DNA of 63,780 nucleotides, counting the filler, from Folioceros fuciformis (lineage: Eukaryota): assembly GCA_049999805.1 (NCBI GenBank). It is 17 parts of 17 records of this genome, joined end to end, with 100 filler letters (N's around TTAATTAATTAA, not from the genome) between each part and the next. Parts side by side here need not be neighbours in the genome. Positions count along the whole stretch, not along the records: positions 59,343 to 62,605 come from JBNGIO010000505.1; positions 62,706 to 63,780 come from JBNGIO010000531.1; 15 more parts are not named here. One strand, written 5' to 3'. The first letter of the stretch is position 1, and the number at the start of each line of letters is the position of its first letter. The translations under genes were made by a program, and so were the position numbers. The notes beneath the pieces are model-generated. The model was given only the letters and a program-made list of their open reading frames with translations, did not search any database and was not told where the DNA came from. Of the stretch, positions 61,438-63,780 are shown one piece after another.

Positions 61438-62605
61438 CAGTCAAACCCCTCTAATTCAGACCCCAATAAATGGGACGCCCGGCTTACTCCATGGAAAAGA
61501 AAACCCTCTTATTTGTAAGTAGGAATATGTCTCCCAAATAAACCCTCTAATTTGTAAGTAGAAATATGTCTCCCAAATATTCAATGCAAGTACACCTCTG
61601 TAAAAGAATATATATATATTTAAAAAATAAAAAATAAATAAAATTATTTTATTAAGATTAAATTATAAGTTATTGAAATTATGTCAAATTAAAGGCTATC
61701 GAGATTATATTATAAAACATAGATAGTCATCAAGGTAGGGCCTACATAAAACATAGATAGTCATCGAGATTGGGCCTACATATGTAGTAGTTCTATACAC
61801 TATACTTTGTGATCATAAGCATTGTTTCTATTACATAAGTTGTTTCATTGTACAAGTTGTCTTATAGCGTTGTAAGTTATCTTATGGTGTTGTAAGTTGT
61901 TGTCTTGCTGTGAGATATTTTATGTGTTCCTTACACATTCTCTTTAACGTGTAGGAACAATGCCGCCCAAGCCGCCGCGCAAGCATGCTACCCTAACAAA
62001 GCAACAAAAGAAAGAGGTTTGTGAATATTATGTCCAACACTCTTGCACACTTAAGGAGTTGACTAGATGGACAACATAAAAGTTTTCAATAGCAGCTTCT
62101 AAAAGTGCATTGTCTAGGATTGTGCATGACAAAGACAAATGGTTGGACCCTACCATTGGTCCAACAATTAATATGGCAGGAATGAGGGATAGACCAGTCG
62201 TATGCCCACAAGTTGACCACGCAGTACACGTTTGGGGTCTTGCAATCCAAGCTCAAGGTGCCACAACTTTAGATGACTTACTTCGTGAGTGCATCAAGTT
62301 GTATCGTGACTATCAAGTACTGGTTATGCTGGTAAAAGCTTGGACTTCATTTGTGAGTCTTCATATTATATGCAATTGTTGGAGGCATAGCACTTTGGAT
62401 GCGGAATTGCGTGCACAAGATGCTTGGTTTTGTGAGTCTTTGGATCTAAACAGTGCACCATATGATACAGAGCATCCATTGTCGGATCCTCAAAATCACT
62501 CTAATTCGTTGGAAACGCAGGTAGAAGAGCTACAACAGTCCGTGCAAAACTTAGCATTATTAACATTTGAGGATATGACAGGAATTGGTGATGTTAGATA
62601 TCCAA
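61438..62605 (+). mobile_element. pogo/Tigger-like Tc1/mariner DNA transposon, left part
   Basis: TA at 61436-61437 followed by CAGTCAAACCCCTCTAATT (pogo-type TIR start); downstream CENP-B-like transposase. The right TIR lies beyond the contig end. Confidence 0.85.
61960..62605 (+). pseudogene. pogo/CENP-B-like transposase with internal deletion and premature stop
   Basis: MPPKPPRKHATLTKQQKKEVCEY...LKELTRW...SKSALSRIV (first HTH), RDRPVVCPQVDHAVHVW...QGATTLDDLLRE (CENP-B HTH), then directly KAWTSFVS..IICNCWRHS (end of DDE_1). TAA at 62077. Confidence 0.85.
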
Positions 62606-62889
62606 NNNNNNNNNNNNNNNNNNNNNNNNNNNNNNNNNNNNNNNNNNNNTTAATTAATTAANNNNNNNNNNNNNNNNNNNNNNNNNNNNNNNNNNNNNNN
62701 NNNNNACCTTGATCACGCTATAAATGCATTGGCGGTTGGCTACATTGGATATTCTTTTTTGAGCTGCACAGTAACTTTTTGAATTCTATCTTGCACAAAT
62801 CCGCTACATGGGCACTTCGTCTACAACATCTTCCTTCTCCTGAAAAGACTACGTGCTTTTTGACTCTCCATATTTTTGGTTGCACAGCA

Positions 62890-63780
62890 ATGGCATCTGG
62901 TCGTCGGAGCAACAAACTACTTCTTGTGGACAGGGATGTCGAGTCGCTTCCCCGATTACAAAAGCAAAGGCAAGCCGGGAAAGCAACTCCGCGAGCGTCG
63001 TCTAGTCACTACACTGAAAGAGATGGACATCGACCTCCACCACCCGCTGGTGAAGAGGCTTCTCCCAACGCCCAGACCAGTGGAGGAAGAAAGGATAACT
63101 CAGGTGGGAGCGTGAGAGCGTCTAATTCAAAAGCAAGCGCAGGGCCCATAAACCATATTCTTGTGAATGTGAATCAAGGTGGCAGTATGGGAGGCAGTTA
63201 GAATTACAACAATCCGAATGCCTACAACTTTATGGAAAGATTGAGACTGAAGAAGTTAGAAGACACTCTGGCAAAAAGATTCAATGCTGATAAGGAATGG
63301 TTTTTGATAGCTGAAGATGAGCCTGATGACTTGAACTTGCCATGGATTCCTCTTGTTGCTTTGTGGGTGAATGGTTTTCAAGGCTTGGCGGAGGACGAAG
63401 CAGGAAGAGCAGGATGGATTCTTTGTGCGTCAGTGGATGGTGTAGACGACAAAACTCATGTGAATTTCATCCTTACCCGACACCCACCAAGCCACATTAT
63501 GGATGACTACGACTGTCACAGTTTAATCGTTGTGAACGTCGCAAGGCCATTCCTCACTAATGCGAATTGCTGTGGTTGAGAAACGTGCTAAAAGATTGTC
63601 TTATTCTAAAGGATGTAAGTGGTCTTTTCAGCTTAAAACTTTAATATTTCAATACCCGGAATGACCATAAACCCTAACTTTTGTGTTTGTATGTTCGCTA
63701 ATCAGGATGGAGAGCAGTTTTGTCGAACTATTTTGCGTTGTGTGGGAGACGTGGTGCTGAAGAACAGAGCAGTGTGGCGT
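62890..63780 (+). pseudogene. Unknown spliced gene or pseudogene
   Basis: ATG at 62890; two in-frame ORFs separated by one TAG (63199-63201); candidate intron 63615-63705 (GTAAGT...GCTAATCAG) followed by an open frame DGEQFCRTILRCVGDVVLKNRAVWR. Confidence 0.5.

Noticed and set aside
3728-62705. Recurring TTAATTAATTAA palindrome as a biological motif, and ORFs running into X stretches
   Set aside because: Always centred in an identical 100-nt N linker; an assembly artefact. Gene order across linkers was not used as evidence.

Overview
Eukaryotic DNA, almost certainly from a land plant (TTTAGGG repeats, tRNA-Met-primed Copia elements, Athila/Tat-type Gypsy integrase). It is not contiguous: 17 short contigs are joined by 16 artificial 100-nt linkers (44 N + TTAATTAATTAA + 44 N), so adjacency across linkers is unverified. 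Most of it is nested, decayed LTR retrotransposons: several Ty1/Copia families, including one full-length 6.46-kb element at 36547-43010 with 208-bp LTRs and a CAGCC target-site duplication, and a Ty3/Gypsy family with TGTGAACC starts and probable CTCCACA ends. Also present are a pogo/CENP-B-type DNA transposon derivative, the 3' part of a Ser/Thr kinase gene, an orphan spliced (pseudo)gene, a probable host promoter and several tandem repeats. Best leads: (1) a Gypsy family whose accessory PxLVREF/DWGK protein appears to lie inside a >4.9-kb LTR, downstream of the PPT; (2) Copia elements with an extra ORF between PBS and gag; (3) short telomeric TTTAGGG fillers inside retroelement sequence; (4) a pogo transposase with the DDE core deleted in frame. 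All homology calls are by-eye motif recognition; no database search was run.
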